Assembly: GCA_951406725.2 (NCBI GenBank)
Contig: OX597823.1
Coordinates: 5,208,001 to 5,272,000 of the forward strand
Source of the DNA: Octopus vulgaris
Lineage: Eukaryota
Direction of reading: 5' to 3'
Length of the DNA: 64,000 bases
Positions 53,234 to 64,000 of this stretch are shown here, in pieces. Both the position numbers and the translations under genes were made by a program. The notes under the pieces are model-generated. The model did no database searches, had not been told where the DNA came from, and saw nothing but the letters and a program-made list of their open reading frames with translations. Every line of letters starts with the position of its first letter. Position 1 is the first letter of the stretch.

Positions 53234-54264
53234 CATCATCATTGTTTCACATCCGCTTTCCATGCTGGCATGAGTTGGATGGTTTGACCAAGGACTGGCA
53301 AGCCAGTTGGCTGCTCCAGGTTCCAATCACCTGTTTTGGCATGGTTTCTACAACTGGATGCCCTTCCTAATGTCAACCACTTTACAGTGTTCTGGGTGCT
53401 GTATACATGGCACCAGCATGGGTGCTTCTGTATGTGGCACTAGTACAGGTACTCTTTATGTGGCCCCAGCACGGGGTCTTTTTATGTTTCACCAGCATTA
53501 TTATCATTGAACCTCCACTTTTCATGTTTGCATGGCCAGTTGTAACCAATTGAGGCAGATTTCCTAGGGCTGTCACCAACCCTCACTTGTTTCCAAGCAA
53601 GGTAACATTTCCTTCCAGTCAGATATGGTTTTCATTGGAAGATCAGAAACAAACCACATCACTTGTATAACAGTGACACTCATTTACAACCAACATGTGA
53701 TGTGAAGACAAGATGCACAAGCATGCATGTGTGCACACAGTGGATTTCTTTTAGTTTCTGTTTACCAGATCCACTTGCAAGGCTTTGGTTGGCCCAAGGA
53801 TATAGTAGATGACCCTTGTCCAGTGTGCTACACTGTGAGACAACCTGAGACCACATGGTTGAGAAGCAAACTTCTTAATCCCCACAGCCATACCCACCCC
53901 TATGAAATGCATGTGATAATGAAATTTCTCATTTATTTATCTTTAACAATTCAAACGATCTGAATGGAGACGATTATAATGATGTCTTTATGTCTCAATC
54001 ACAATGTTCTCAATAGATAAATGTCTGTCACAGAGAAAATTCGTTTAATATGGAGTTCACTTTAAAATTCACCCTAGAATCACACTTGTTTCTATGACAA
54101 CTGCATGCTCTTCTCTGTATTATGAAATGAATCTCTGCTCATCATAAAGTCATAGTAATCTGTCACTATTAAGAATATCAACAAGGGTCCTGTTCAAAAG
54201 TATTTGTTTGGGTGTTGAATGAAATACAGTTTCTAACTATCAACAATTATTAGAAATCAGTAAA

Positions 54265-54935
54265 TTATTATTATTATTGAAGGCATCGCACAGTATCCAA
54301 TATTGTGATGTTGTTGATTGAAGATATTGTGTGTGCCAGGGATTTGAGCTGCCTGTCAAGTCACAATAAGGACCTCAGACTGACAGCACTTTATGCAGGA
54401 TGCTTACGGTTCCAAGAAAAGCTGGTCTTTGTAATACACCAAAATCGTAGAGTATTTCTGAAGTGTGAAGATGTTTCTTCATGTTTGGTGGTATTGAACC
54501 CAATGCTCTAATGACAACAGGAACAGCCTTTGTGTTTGATTCTTGCAGCTGCCACAACTTGGCAATCTCACTTCCCAGATCTTCCTATTTGTCGACCTTT
54601 TCCTCTTTCTTTCAAGGTCTTCGGCTACCTCGTCATGCCTGTGCTTGTACTCTTTCTGTGCAAGACTTTCACAAGCACTAACAATGTGAGTCACGCTTTT
54701 GACCTTCTTCCCACACATTCTGCAGAGGTTTGTTGTACTTGTGTGGTATATATCCCTTTTCACTGAGTTGGTATTCAATACCTGGTCTTGGGCAGCAATG
54801 ATTAGGCTTTCAGTATTCTTTTTAAGGTCACCTTTGCTGAGCCACATCCATGATGCTTCCTAGTCTTTTAATCGTTAGTTTCACACTGGAACTGACCATG
54901 TGATTCCATGTGGAGTAGTGTTCTTCCTCTCTCTC
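54265..54935 (-). mobile_element. 3' fragment of R4/Dong-like non-LTR retrotransposon, ending in (TAA)n
   Basis: WLSKGDLKKNTESLIIAAQDQVLNT...CRMCGKKVKSVTHIVSAC (CCHC) ...RHDEVA, then an internal deletion, then KEEKVDK*EDLGSEIAKLWQL...VPVVIRALGSIP...LGTVSILHKVL. A TAA repeat lies at the 3' end (54265-54278). Confidence 0.85.
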
Positions 54936-56027
54936 GTTGGCTATTCAGGATCAAAATTCATTAACACTCAACTCCATTGTTGGTAAATCCTTCTGCATTA
55001 CTTTTAGTTGTTTTTTTTTCCTTCTCTATCCTCCCTCTATCTATCCATCTCTATGTCTGTCTGTGTATCTATCTATTAGTCTGCTTATCTTTCCATATCT
55101 GTCGACCTGCCTTTCTGTCTGTGTGTCTGTATCTCCATCTATCCATCCACACTCTATCTCTATTTCTGTCTCCCTATCTATCAATCAGCCAATCGTATTT
55201 TCATCTTGCTAAAAGGTTAAATCTGATCTTTTATTTATTTATTTTTCTTCTTATTTTACTCTCCTCCTTTCATTCAGAATGATTTTATTGACAGTTTCCT
55301 CCTCAATTCAAACTCAATTCAGCTATAATAACATATTCTCTTAGAATATGTCACCTGCTACAAGGGACAAGCCTAAAACATTATTTTCTATAATCAGCAT
55401 CTAACAAATTTTCTATGACTTTGGTATTTTTTCATCAATCATCTTATTCACATTATCAATTATCTCTATCTGTTTCTAACCCTTAATGATCACTCTTTAC
55501 TTTCATCATCATCATTTTAACGACCATTTTTCCATGCTTGCATGGATCAGATGGAATTTGTTGAAACAGATTTTCTACATTTGGATGCTCTTCCTGTTGT
55601 CAACCGTCAGCTGTTTCCAAGAAAGGTATTTTTTTCCCACATGGCTGAATACATTTTTCACAGAAGACTGGAAATGATCACCGTTGCTTGTGTGATGGTG
55701 ATGCTTGTTTGAAACCAATATGTGATACCAGGACAAGGGTGTGCACACATACACAAAACATAACATAGCCATCATCATTTAAAGTTTGTGTTCCATGCTG
55801 GCATGTGTTGGGCAGTTTGGCAGAATCTGATGGGTTCAAGGACTGCCTCAAATTCCATTGTCTGTTTTGGCTTGGTTTTTACAGCCGGATTCCCTTTCTA
55901 TTTCCAACCACAATACTTGGCAGATTTTTCTTACCACCAGTAAACAAGTAAAATTGCTATGTAGCTTGCAAGACTACAAACACCGAGGGGGGGGGGGCAG
56001 CTTAATGCTAGGAATGGGGTTGGTGGC

Positions 56028-56254
56028 TTAACCCTCTAGCATTTAAACCGTCCCTATCTGGCCAAAATATTCCATTTGTTTTATGTTCAAAACTGACCAG
56101 ATCCAGGCTCTCACACCTACCCTACAATGTTATTCTACATTACACAATCACATCATTGAAATCTGAAGGATATGAGATAATGCAGGATAAATTCAAAACA
56201 ATGTGAATCAATAAGCATTACGGTTGATTGAATAACCTGGACCCGAAAGGGTTA
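56028..56254 (+). mobile_element. piggyBac-type MITE family 2
   Basis: ttaaccctctagcatttaaacc ... cccgaaagggttaa, TTAA on both sides; same sequence as the copies at 41289-41502 and 41612-41824. Confidence 0.8.
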
Positions 56255-57351
56255 AAGTATAAGAAGAGCGGGGGTGGGGGGTTGCAGAGCAGTCTTTTGC
56301 TGTAGAGAAGCCATATGGCCACCACTCCCATCTTGAAGTGAGGGTGTGGATGAGCAAGTGTAGCTGGAAAGAGTTAAAGTAGTGATGATGAGGTATCCGG
56401 GTTGCCCCTTAAGGTATGAGGTGAATAGGAGGGCCCAGGGTGGGTGGGAGTTGCAAGAGTATATGGTGGGGAGAGTTGAGAGATGAAAAGAAACACAGGA
56501 GAGGGATGTACAAAAACTGTAAAGATTGGATGTAGTGAGTGATGGACAGGCTTCTTTCAGTTTCCACCTACCAAATTCACTCACAAAGCTTTGGTCAGCT
56601 CAGGGCTATAGTAGAAGCCACTTGCCCAAAGTGCCACTCAGTGAGACTGCATCTATCACTCTCTTTCTTTGTCTCTCACATATAACTCAGACACTTGATG
56701 CTAGAGAAAAGCATGTATTTATTTTTCTAATGGAACCAAAATATAACATAAGAGACACATCGCACTGAGTGGAAGGCATTGGATTTCTTGTTTTCTGCCT
56801 TCTTTTCTTTATTTGTTATGACTCCATGGTAAATAAAATCTGCATTTTCTCCAGTGAATCATAAATAAATGACTGTCAGCGATTTCATCAGTAAATAGTG
56901 AATTTGAGTGGGACATGCACACACATATATATGTGTGTGTATGTATATTTAAGTATTCATTTATATCTATGTGCATACATATATACATACACATATGTAC
57001 GCTAAGAAACAAGACTTAACTAATTCAGTCCCAAACTGCATATCATTAAATCTGTACACTGATCCAGAAAGATTTTAGATTAATGAATAGTAATCATAAT
57101 AATAATAATAATAATAAATACTTGGTTGTTTTTCTTGCCAGCTTTCAATGTTTGTGTCTATTTGGAAAGCAGTCCAACAAATCCGTGACTTTGCAATGGT
57201 TTAGATTAAAATGTTTTCTTTACACATATTTTAAAAACAAGTTACAGTCAGACACTAATGAATAGACCGGCACTTTAATGCGTGCACTGTTTCCACATCT
57301 ATGTATTGGCACATACCTAGGAATATATATATATATATACACACACACACA

Positions 57352-58052
57352 TCTCTGCAAGTATATGTGTGGTTGGTGTACATATATATCAATATTATAT
57401 ATATACACACACACACACAAATTCATGTGTGTGTGTCCGTCTTCGTATGTGTGTGTGTGTGTATCCTAATGCATACATGTGTATATACATGTGCATCTGT
57501 ACATAATTCCATGCTTTATTTATAGACACATGTATTTTGTTTATTAGTTCATGTAAAAGAAGGCCAACTCCTGTCGACATTCTTGAGCTCTTCTAGCACA
57601 GAGGAATCAGTCATTAACAGCAAAAGCAATTATTTTTTAAAAAATTGAAACGATATCACATATAGAGAGAGAAAGTCTCATAGAGATATGCTTGAGGGGC
57701 CAGCCTGACACCTCATCACTGATATTTCATCTCTTTCCACCTCCTACCCATCCACTCCTCTGTGAGTCCCCGACAGCAAGAAATGTTCTGGTTCCTCCTT
57801 TCATACTTTTACTTCTCATCTTTTAGCATAAAGGCACTTTTCTTTCTGCTGCAGCCTCATCTCTTACAGATGCATCTGTATGTACACGTACGCATTAGGA
57901 CACATGAACACAGACACACACACACACACACACATATATATATTTACATGTATTTAAATGGAGACACAGACACACATGAATTTGTGTGTATGTATGTAAC
58001 TGATATATATATACATGTACAACCACCACACATATACGTATGGCTACAGTGA
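57352..58052. repeat. Long imperfect inverted repeat (arms about 57352-57505 and 57864-58052)
   Basis: Unique anchors in reversed order: gtatatgtgtggttggtgtaca / tgtacaaccaccacacatatac; cacaaattcatgtgtgt / acacacatgaatttgtg; tcctaatgc / gcattagga; tgcatctgta / tacagatgca. Confidence 0.75.
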
Positions 58053-59389
58053 TGTATACATGTAGAGGGTCTTGCAAGCTCCATGGTGAGTTCACCAGTG
58101 CTGCTGCCATGAAGGAGAAAAGAAATAGAACAGCACCCCACACACTTTGTGAAGTGGTTGACATTAAGAAGAATGCATGTGCACACACACACACACGTAC
58201 CAAATGTACTCCTAAAGCATTGGTTTGCCTGGAGCTATAGAAGTTATTTCCCCAAGGTGCCATGCAGTGGGACTGAACACAAAACCACATGGCTGATAAG
58301 AAAGCTTCTGAAGTACACAGCCACCCCTGCACCTATAAAATGATTTCTTCTCTTTTGATGGCATTGATCCCTTCCCTGTCTTGAAGGCGTTCATGTTGTT
58401 TATTCTTGATACTTTTTAGCATAAAACATTGATATTGGTGTTAGATAAACATTATTTCACTCTCCTTCACCATTTCCACTCTTGACTCTCTTCTAACCAT
58501 TTTCTCAACTTATTCTTGGGGAATAACGGTGTGTTAAAGGCTGTGGGCATAAGAAGGTTTCCTTCCCAGCCCCATGGTTTCAGGTTCAGTCTCACTGCAC
58601 AATACCTTGGGAGTGGGGAAATATCTTCTAATAGAGCCCTATGCTGTCCAGTGCCTAGGGAAACTGGTTAGAAGCCTATTGTATGTGGGTGTTTTTGTTT
58701 TTCTCTCCATTTCTTGGTAACCATTGTTAGGTTGTTTACTTCCCCATAACAAAGCAGTTCCTTTCTGGGACTAGTAGAATAAGTGCCAGACTTGAAAATA
58801 AAAAGGTACCGGGGTCTGTTTGATTGATGAAACCTTTCAAGATAGTGCCCCAGTATGGGCACATATAATAACTGAAGCAAAAGAACATGTGAAGGCAGTA
58901 GAGCAACAGGGTGGTAGTGCCATCGTGGCCAGTTGAGCTACTTTTGAGTTACTTCACGTAAATCTACAAATGCCTTGACCCTGACTGGCAAGAAACTTTC
59001 GGAACAAGGGAACAGCTGAATGCCTTCACAGAAAACACCCCACCCTGCCTTATGGATGCCTTTTTGCCCTTAGATTCTTAACTTTTTGTCCCCTTAACTT
59101 CTCTAAGGAGACTGAACACACTCATATTACAATTCCTGGATACCCTTCGACCTCCACATTTTGTGCAACTATTTGCATTTTTACCTAATACTTTCTAGGT
59201 GGTCAGGTGCCCTGGAGTCAAAATATCTTGGATGTTGTAACCACTTCAGCCTGAGACACCACTTGCACATAAGTCATACAGGGCAGTGTATATGGCCAAA
59301 AGAAGGCAATAGTAAACAAAATTTATATATACATACATGTGTGTGTGTGTTTATGTCTGTGTTAGTTGACAACCAATGTTGATGTTACA

Positions 59390-59440
59390 GTTCTATGGTG
59401 TAGTGGTTAAGAGCTCAGGCTACTAATCCCAAGATTTCAA

Positions 59441-59476
<36 letters not shown>

Positions 59477-59526
59477 AAAATAAATGTAGTGGTTAAGAGC
59501 TCAGGCTACTAATCCCAAGATTTCAA

Positions 59527-59562
<36 letters not shown>

Positions 59563-60057
59563 AAAATAAATGTGGCTTCTTAAGGCGACTACAGTACCAG
59601 TGATTGTAGGATCTCTAGGAATGATAAAAGGTACTGAAACCCATTTGAAAATGATACCAGGCTTACCATCCCTAAAGGAAGTGCAAAAAATCGTATTAAC
59701 TGGAACGGCTCAAGTACTGAGAAGAGCATTATCACTGTGAAAACAACATCCATTCATGAATTTATTTATTTATCAATTTTTTAAATACATATTTTATCTG
59801 TGAATTTGCGTGTGTAATCTGGGAATGCATACAATGAGCTTCTCTGCCCTAGGTGTACGGAAAACGCTCGGCGAGAAACGGAAGAAAATTTGAAGAAAGA
59901 AGGAAAAAATAATAATTACATTGAAAAATCCCTTAGGAATGAGAACCCAGGTTCGAAATTTCCCTAAGACACCTGAAGAAGGCTGGAGGGTATATCAGCC
60001 AAAACGTTGCATTAACAAACAAGGTGAAGACAAATATCCTTCAAATGTAAATAATGT
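59390..60057 (+). mobile_element. tRNA-headed SINE with hammerhead-like tail, split by the Dong-like insert; head tandemly duplicated
   Basis: A-box-like tggtgtagtggttaagagc head, then (TAA)n, resuming at 59918 with ...acctgaagaaggctggagggtatatcagccaaaacgtt... Approximate flanking duplication caatgttg(a/g)tgt. Confidence 0.65.
59570..59916 (+). mobile_element. 5'-truncated R4/Dong-like non-LTR element inserted in a (TAA)n tract
   Basis: Uninterrupted C-terminal ORF 59570-59740, MWLLKATTVPVIVGSLGMIKGTETHLKMIPGLPSLKEVQKIVLTGTAQVLRRALSL*, then a 3' UTR ending in aataataat. Flanked upstream by (TAA)n. Confidence 0.8.
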
Positions 60058-60224
60058 GCAATGTTGGTGTGTTTACATCTCTGTAACTTAGCAGTTTGGC
60101 AAAAGAGACTGACAGAATAAATACAAGGTTAAAAAAATAAGACTCCAAGTTAATTCAAAGACTAAAAGTTCTTGAAGGCTGTGCTCCAGCATGGCTGCAG
60201 TTTAATGACTGAAACAAGCAAAAG

Positions 60225-60258
<34 letters not shown>

Positions 60259-60718
60259 GTGGAACAGTAGAATTCAAAGAAATCTGTGATGTTGTGTCAT
60301 TATCATCGTTTAACGTCCATGCTGTTTTGAGCTGAGAAAATATCAAATTCAAAAAGTTTGCAAAGTAGAATGAATGAGTTTTTTGTGTGAATAATGAGTT
60401 CTACTTTGTAAAACCTTTTCCTTGTTTAGATATATTTTCATCATTCTTTATACATGCATGTCATACAGCTTGCCTGGTTGGTTGTTACTGCATTAACCAT
60501 TTCAAAACATGCAAGTATTATATTTCCACAGATAATATGTAATTTATATCTGTCTATCTTTTTACTTACTTATAATAAATAATAGGTTGTTATTAAATAA
60601 TTCATTCCAACTCCATTTTAGAGTCTCTATGTTTCTATAAATAATAATTTCTTTTTAATGTTTCTTTTAAAATCATTTCCATTTTTGTATTTTGGTTTGC
60701 AAGATTCTTGATGTGAAA

Positions 60719-60936
60719 CAAATTTTGTTGTCTTGGCTAAGTCATTACACTGATAATAATAATAATACATGCACAGGTTCAGTTCCACTTCTTTATTAGT
60801 CAATTGGTTAAATCTCTGACCAACTAACTAATCAATCATATGTTTAATGTGTTGGTTAAACCTCGAACCAATTAATTGAACCTGTGCAGATATTATCATT
60901 ATTGGCATAATGGCTCTCTCAAGACAACAAAATTTT
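60719..60936. repeat. Fold-back (palindromic) element
   Basis: Imperfect arms of about 65 bp, aaattttgttgtcttg...tgcacaggttca / tgaacctgtgca...caagacaacaaaattt, with further inner complementarity. Confidence 0.8.
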
Positions 60937-63249
60937 AAAAATCATTTCTCTGTCAAAACTTCAGGGATATAGTATTTTAAGATATTTTTTTATGATGAGG
61001 TACTTGGCTAACTAAAATATCTGTGTAGTACCTAGTGTCTACAAGATTAACACTATTGCCACCACATTCTCACCTATGTTTTAATGAACTTTGAAAACTT
61101 GATAATATAAACTTGTCTGAGGCAGTGGGCTGGCAGAACTGTTAGAACACTGGACAAAATGCTTAATGGCATCTCATCTACCTTTACATTCTGAGTTCAA
61201 ATTCCACCAAGGTCCACTTATCTTTCATTCTTTTGAGGTTGATGAAATAAATATCATTTGAGCACTGGGGTCAATGTAATCAACTTAATCCCCCCCCGAA
61301 ATTTCAGATTATTCTGATATTTGGAACATAAATCAATGTGAAATTTTGCTAAAAGGTTTTCATATTCTTGTAAAGCATGGAATTTGTCTGCTAGAACCAG
61401 GGATGGTTTCAAAACTGACAGACTGATGTCTTGTGCTGTTCAGTTTGAGGACATGATCTTTAAGTTAGTGGCTCAGCACTTCTACCCTGGAGATGGCACA
61501 CCTTCATTTAATTTCAATTATTATAAGCTCACTTTTTGTTTTTTTAATCATCATTCCTCATCGTCATTTTGATATTCAGTCTTTCATGCTTGCACCAGGC
61601 TGGACGGAATTTGTTGAGGCAGATTTTCTGCAACTGAATGCCTTTCCTGTCACCAACCCTCACCTGTTTTCAACTAAGGTGATATTTCCTCTTGGCCAGC
61701 TGGACATGTTTTCATGGAAACATTGCTTGTATGACAGTGACACTCATTCACAACTATCACACGAGGTCAAGATAAGGAGACATAAACAGAGAGAGAGAGA
61801 AAGGGAGGAGGGATTTTTTTAGTTTCCATCTACCAAATTCACTCATGGGGCTTTGGTCAGCCCAGTGCTATAGTAGATACTTGTCCAATGTGCTTTGCAG
61901 TGGGGTTGATCCCTAAGCCATATGATTGGGAAGCGAACTTCTTAACCACACAGCTAGGCAAAAAAGAAAAAGAAAGAAAAAAAACGTAGTTACAAACCCA
62001 GCAGTTAAAAAATTTCTTTAAAAGTTTCTGTAGAAGATAACACTTCAAGTTGAGCGTAAGTTGTACCCAATATATTCTAATGTACAATATATTCGGTTAT
62101 GGTTGTTATTTAGCCAAGCAAAAGCAACTAGATAGAAATGTGCTTTTCCCAGTATATAAATTGTGTTGGTTTTATGTTGTATATTGTATGTTTCTGATAG
62201 CTTTGCAAATTGCTGACAATTATTATACCTTCTGAACAGTGAAAAGTGATTCATAATGGTTGACTCAGCACAACAACATTCTCTAACTTTCATGGTCTAT
62301 GGCTTTGTTACCTGCTCATACATCATTGTATTGCACTGTGTCTATGGGCAAAGCAATAAACTTCCTGGCTTTAACTTTCTAGCTTTGTTACGAGAAACAT
62401 TTGAAATACTTTCTTTGTAGGAATCGACACAGTTTAAATTATGCAAGGATGAGATTTTCATTGTTTTCAAACAAAGGGTAGAGTATCAATGAAGTTTTAT
62501 TAACTTCGGGAATTTCATTGAAATTGCCAGTACTTGGCTTGTACTTTAATCTCTTTATTTTATTGACCCTGAAAGGTTGAAAGGCAAAGTTAACCTCAGC
62601 AAGCATGTAATGAGTCAGAAGAAATACTGCCAAAGATCTTCTTTACTTCTCAAACAACCCTGCCAGTCAATTGCCTTAAAAATGGTAATTGCTTTAATGT
62701 CTGTTTCTCCATGCTTGCAAGGGTCAGGTGGGGTTAATTAAGCAGATTCTGCATGGCTGGATGTTCTGCCTGTTGTCACCTCTCGCCTGTTTCTAAACCA
62801 GGTAATATTTCTCCAGGGCCAGACATGTTTTCACTGAAGATTGGAAATGAATGACACTGCTTTTATAACAGTAACACTCCTTTACAACTATTAATAGATG
62901 TCAAAACATTGGAGATACAAACACACACCTGGGCGTACGGCAGGTGTCTTTCAGTTTCTACCAAATCACCTCACAATGTTTTGCCCAGCCCAGATCAAAA
63001 GTAGAAGATACCCAAGCTGCTATACAGTGGGACTGAACCTGATGCTGTGTGGTTGGAAAACAAACTCCTGAAATTCTGGGAGAGGGGATAGTTCATTGCA
63101 ATAACCCCGCAGCTCAACTGGTACTTATTTTATCAATCTCCAAAGAATGAAAGGCTCAGCCAACTTCACTAAAATTTGAACTCGGAGACAGATGAAGTGC
63201 TGCCAAGCCTTTTGCCCAATGTGCTCACAATTCTGCAAACTCACCATCT

Positions 63250-63281
<32 letters not shown>

Positions 63282-63433
63282 GTTTCTGTTTTAGGCACAG
63301 GACTAATGGTTCCGAGGGGAAGGATGTAAGTTGATACCATCAACCTTAGTACTGGGCTGGTACTCGATTTTATTGAGAATTTATTCATGTTAATATGTCT
63401 GCTCCTGACCTTCTTCCATACATGAACATTATT

Positions 63434-63469
<36 letters not shown>

Positions 63470-64000
63470 ATAACCTCTTCCTTGGCAATCCATTACATTG
63501 CTCACTAGGTGTTACCTCACACCATCTCAACACACACACATTGTGCGTGTGTGTGTGTGTGCATACACACACACACACACTCACTTGTTCCTGCATGTCT
63601 TTATACAGTTAACAAAAGGGCTATGGAGTATAAATCAATGCAAATTAATAGTTTGTTCCACCTACCATATTAAGATATCATTAACCTTTCTCTCTGTTTT
63701 ACTGATCTGCAAGAAGCCAGCTTAATCCAAGCTATATAATCTGCTTTAGGGTTCAAATAGAGTTAACCCCCAGTTAAACTGGATCAGCTGTCAGCTAGTT
63801 TATAACTCAGCCTACACATTCATAGTAATTTCTCACTCATCATTCGTGTTGACTTCACATGTTTATCAAGTGGCCTTTAATCCTCTTCCTTCTTCCTCTC
63901 TTCCTCCCCTCCTTTTCCCACTTCTTCTTCTTCTTCCCCCTCCCTCCGTCTTCTTCTTCTGATTTTGTTTCCATTACTTGCCACTTGTCTCCTTGACACC

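Noticed and set aside
59390-59440. tRNA gene
   Set aside because: Only the 5' half (A-box, D and anticodon region) is present; the T-arm/B-box is replaced by (TAA)n, so it is a SINE head.
473-63725. Most ORF-track entries (HTHTHT, CVCVCV, YIYIYI, SLSLSL peptides and SINE translations)
   Set aside because: They are readings of microsatellites and SINEs, without splice-compatible structure or recognisable domains.
51000-64000. Next Sulf exon (expected FCxCxxxNNNTYWCxRTxN motif)
   Set aside because: I found no such reading in the remaining 13 kb; it is presumably downstream of the window, though a manual scan could miss it.

Overview
AT-rich, microsatellite- and SINE-dense animal DNA, most likely an octopus (Octopus sp.), judged from SINE families I recognise. 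The whole window lies inside one + strand gene. Six internal exons (1545-1731, 2703-2886, 16327-16443, 29728-29888, 48131-48294, 50766-50980; 1028 nt, all GT-AG, phases compatible) splice into the hydrophilic domain and the start of the C-terminal region of an extracellular heparan-sulfate 6-O-endosulfatase (SULF1/SULF2 family). The catalytic exons and the last exons lie outside the window. The introns hold many tRNA-derived SINEs, two TTAA/piggyBac-type MITE families, a hAT MITE with an 8-bp TSD, three Tc1/mariner relics, R4/Dong-like and Hero-like non-LTR fragments, minisatellites and several long inverted repeats. Points worth a second look: (1) a decayed, unidentified protein-like antisense ORF spread over 30.1-33.5 kb; (2) a triple nested insertion at 59.3-60.2 kb, including a tRNA-headed SINE with a degenerate hammerhead-ribozyme-like tail; (3) a symmetric 117-nt exon carrying the putative furin site; (4) intronic fold-back structures that could be ADAR substrates. 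I cannot confidently claim a new biological system from the sequence alone.
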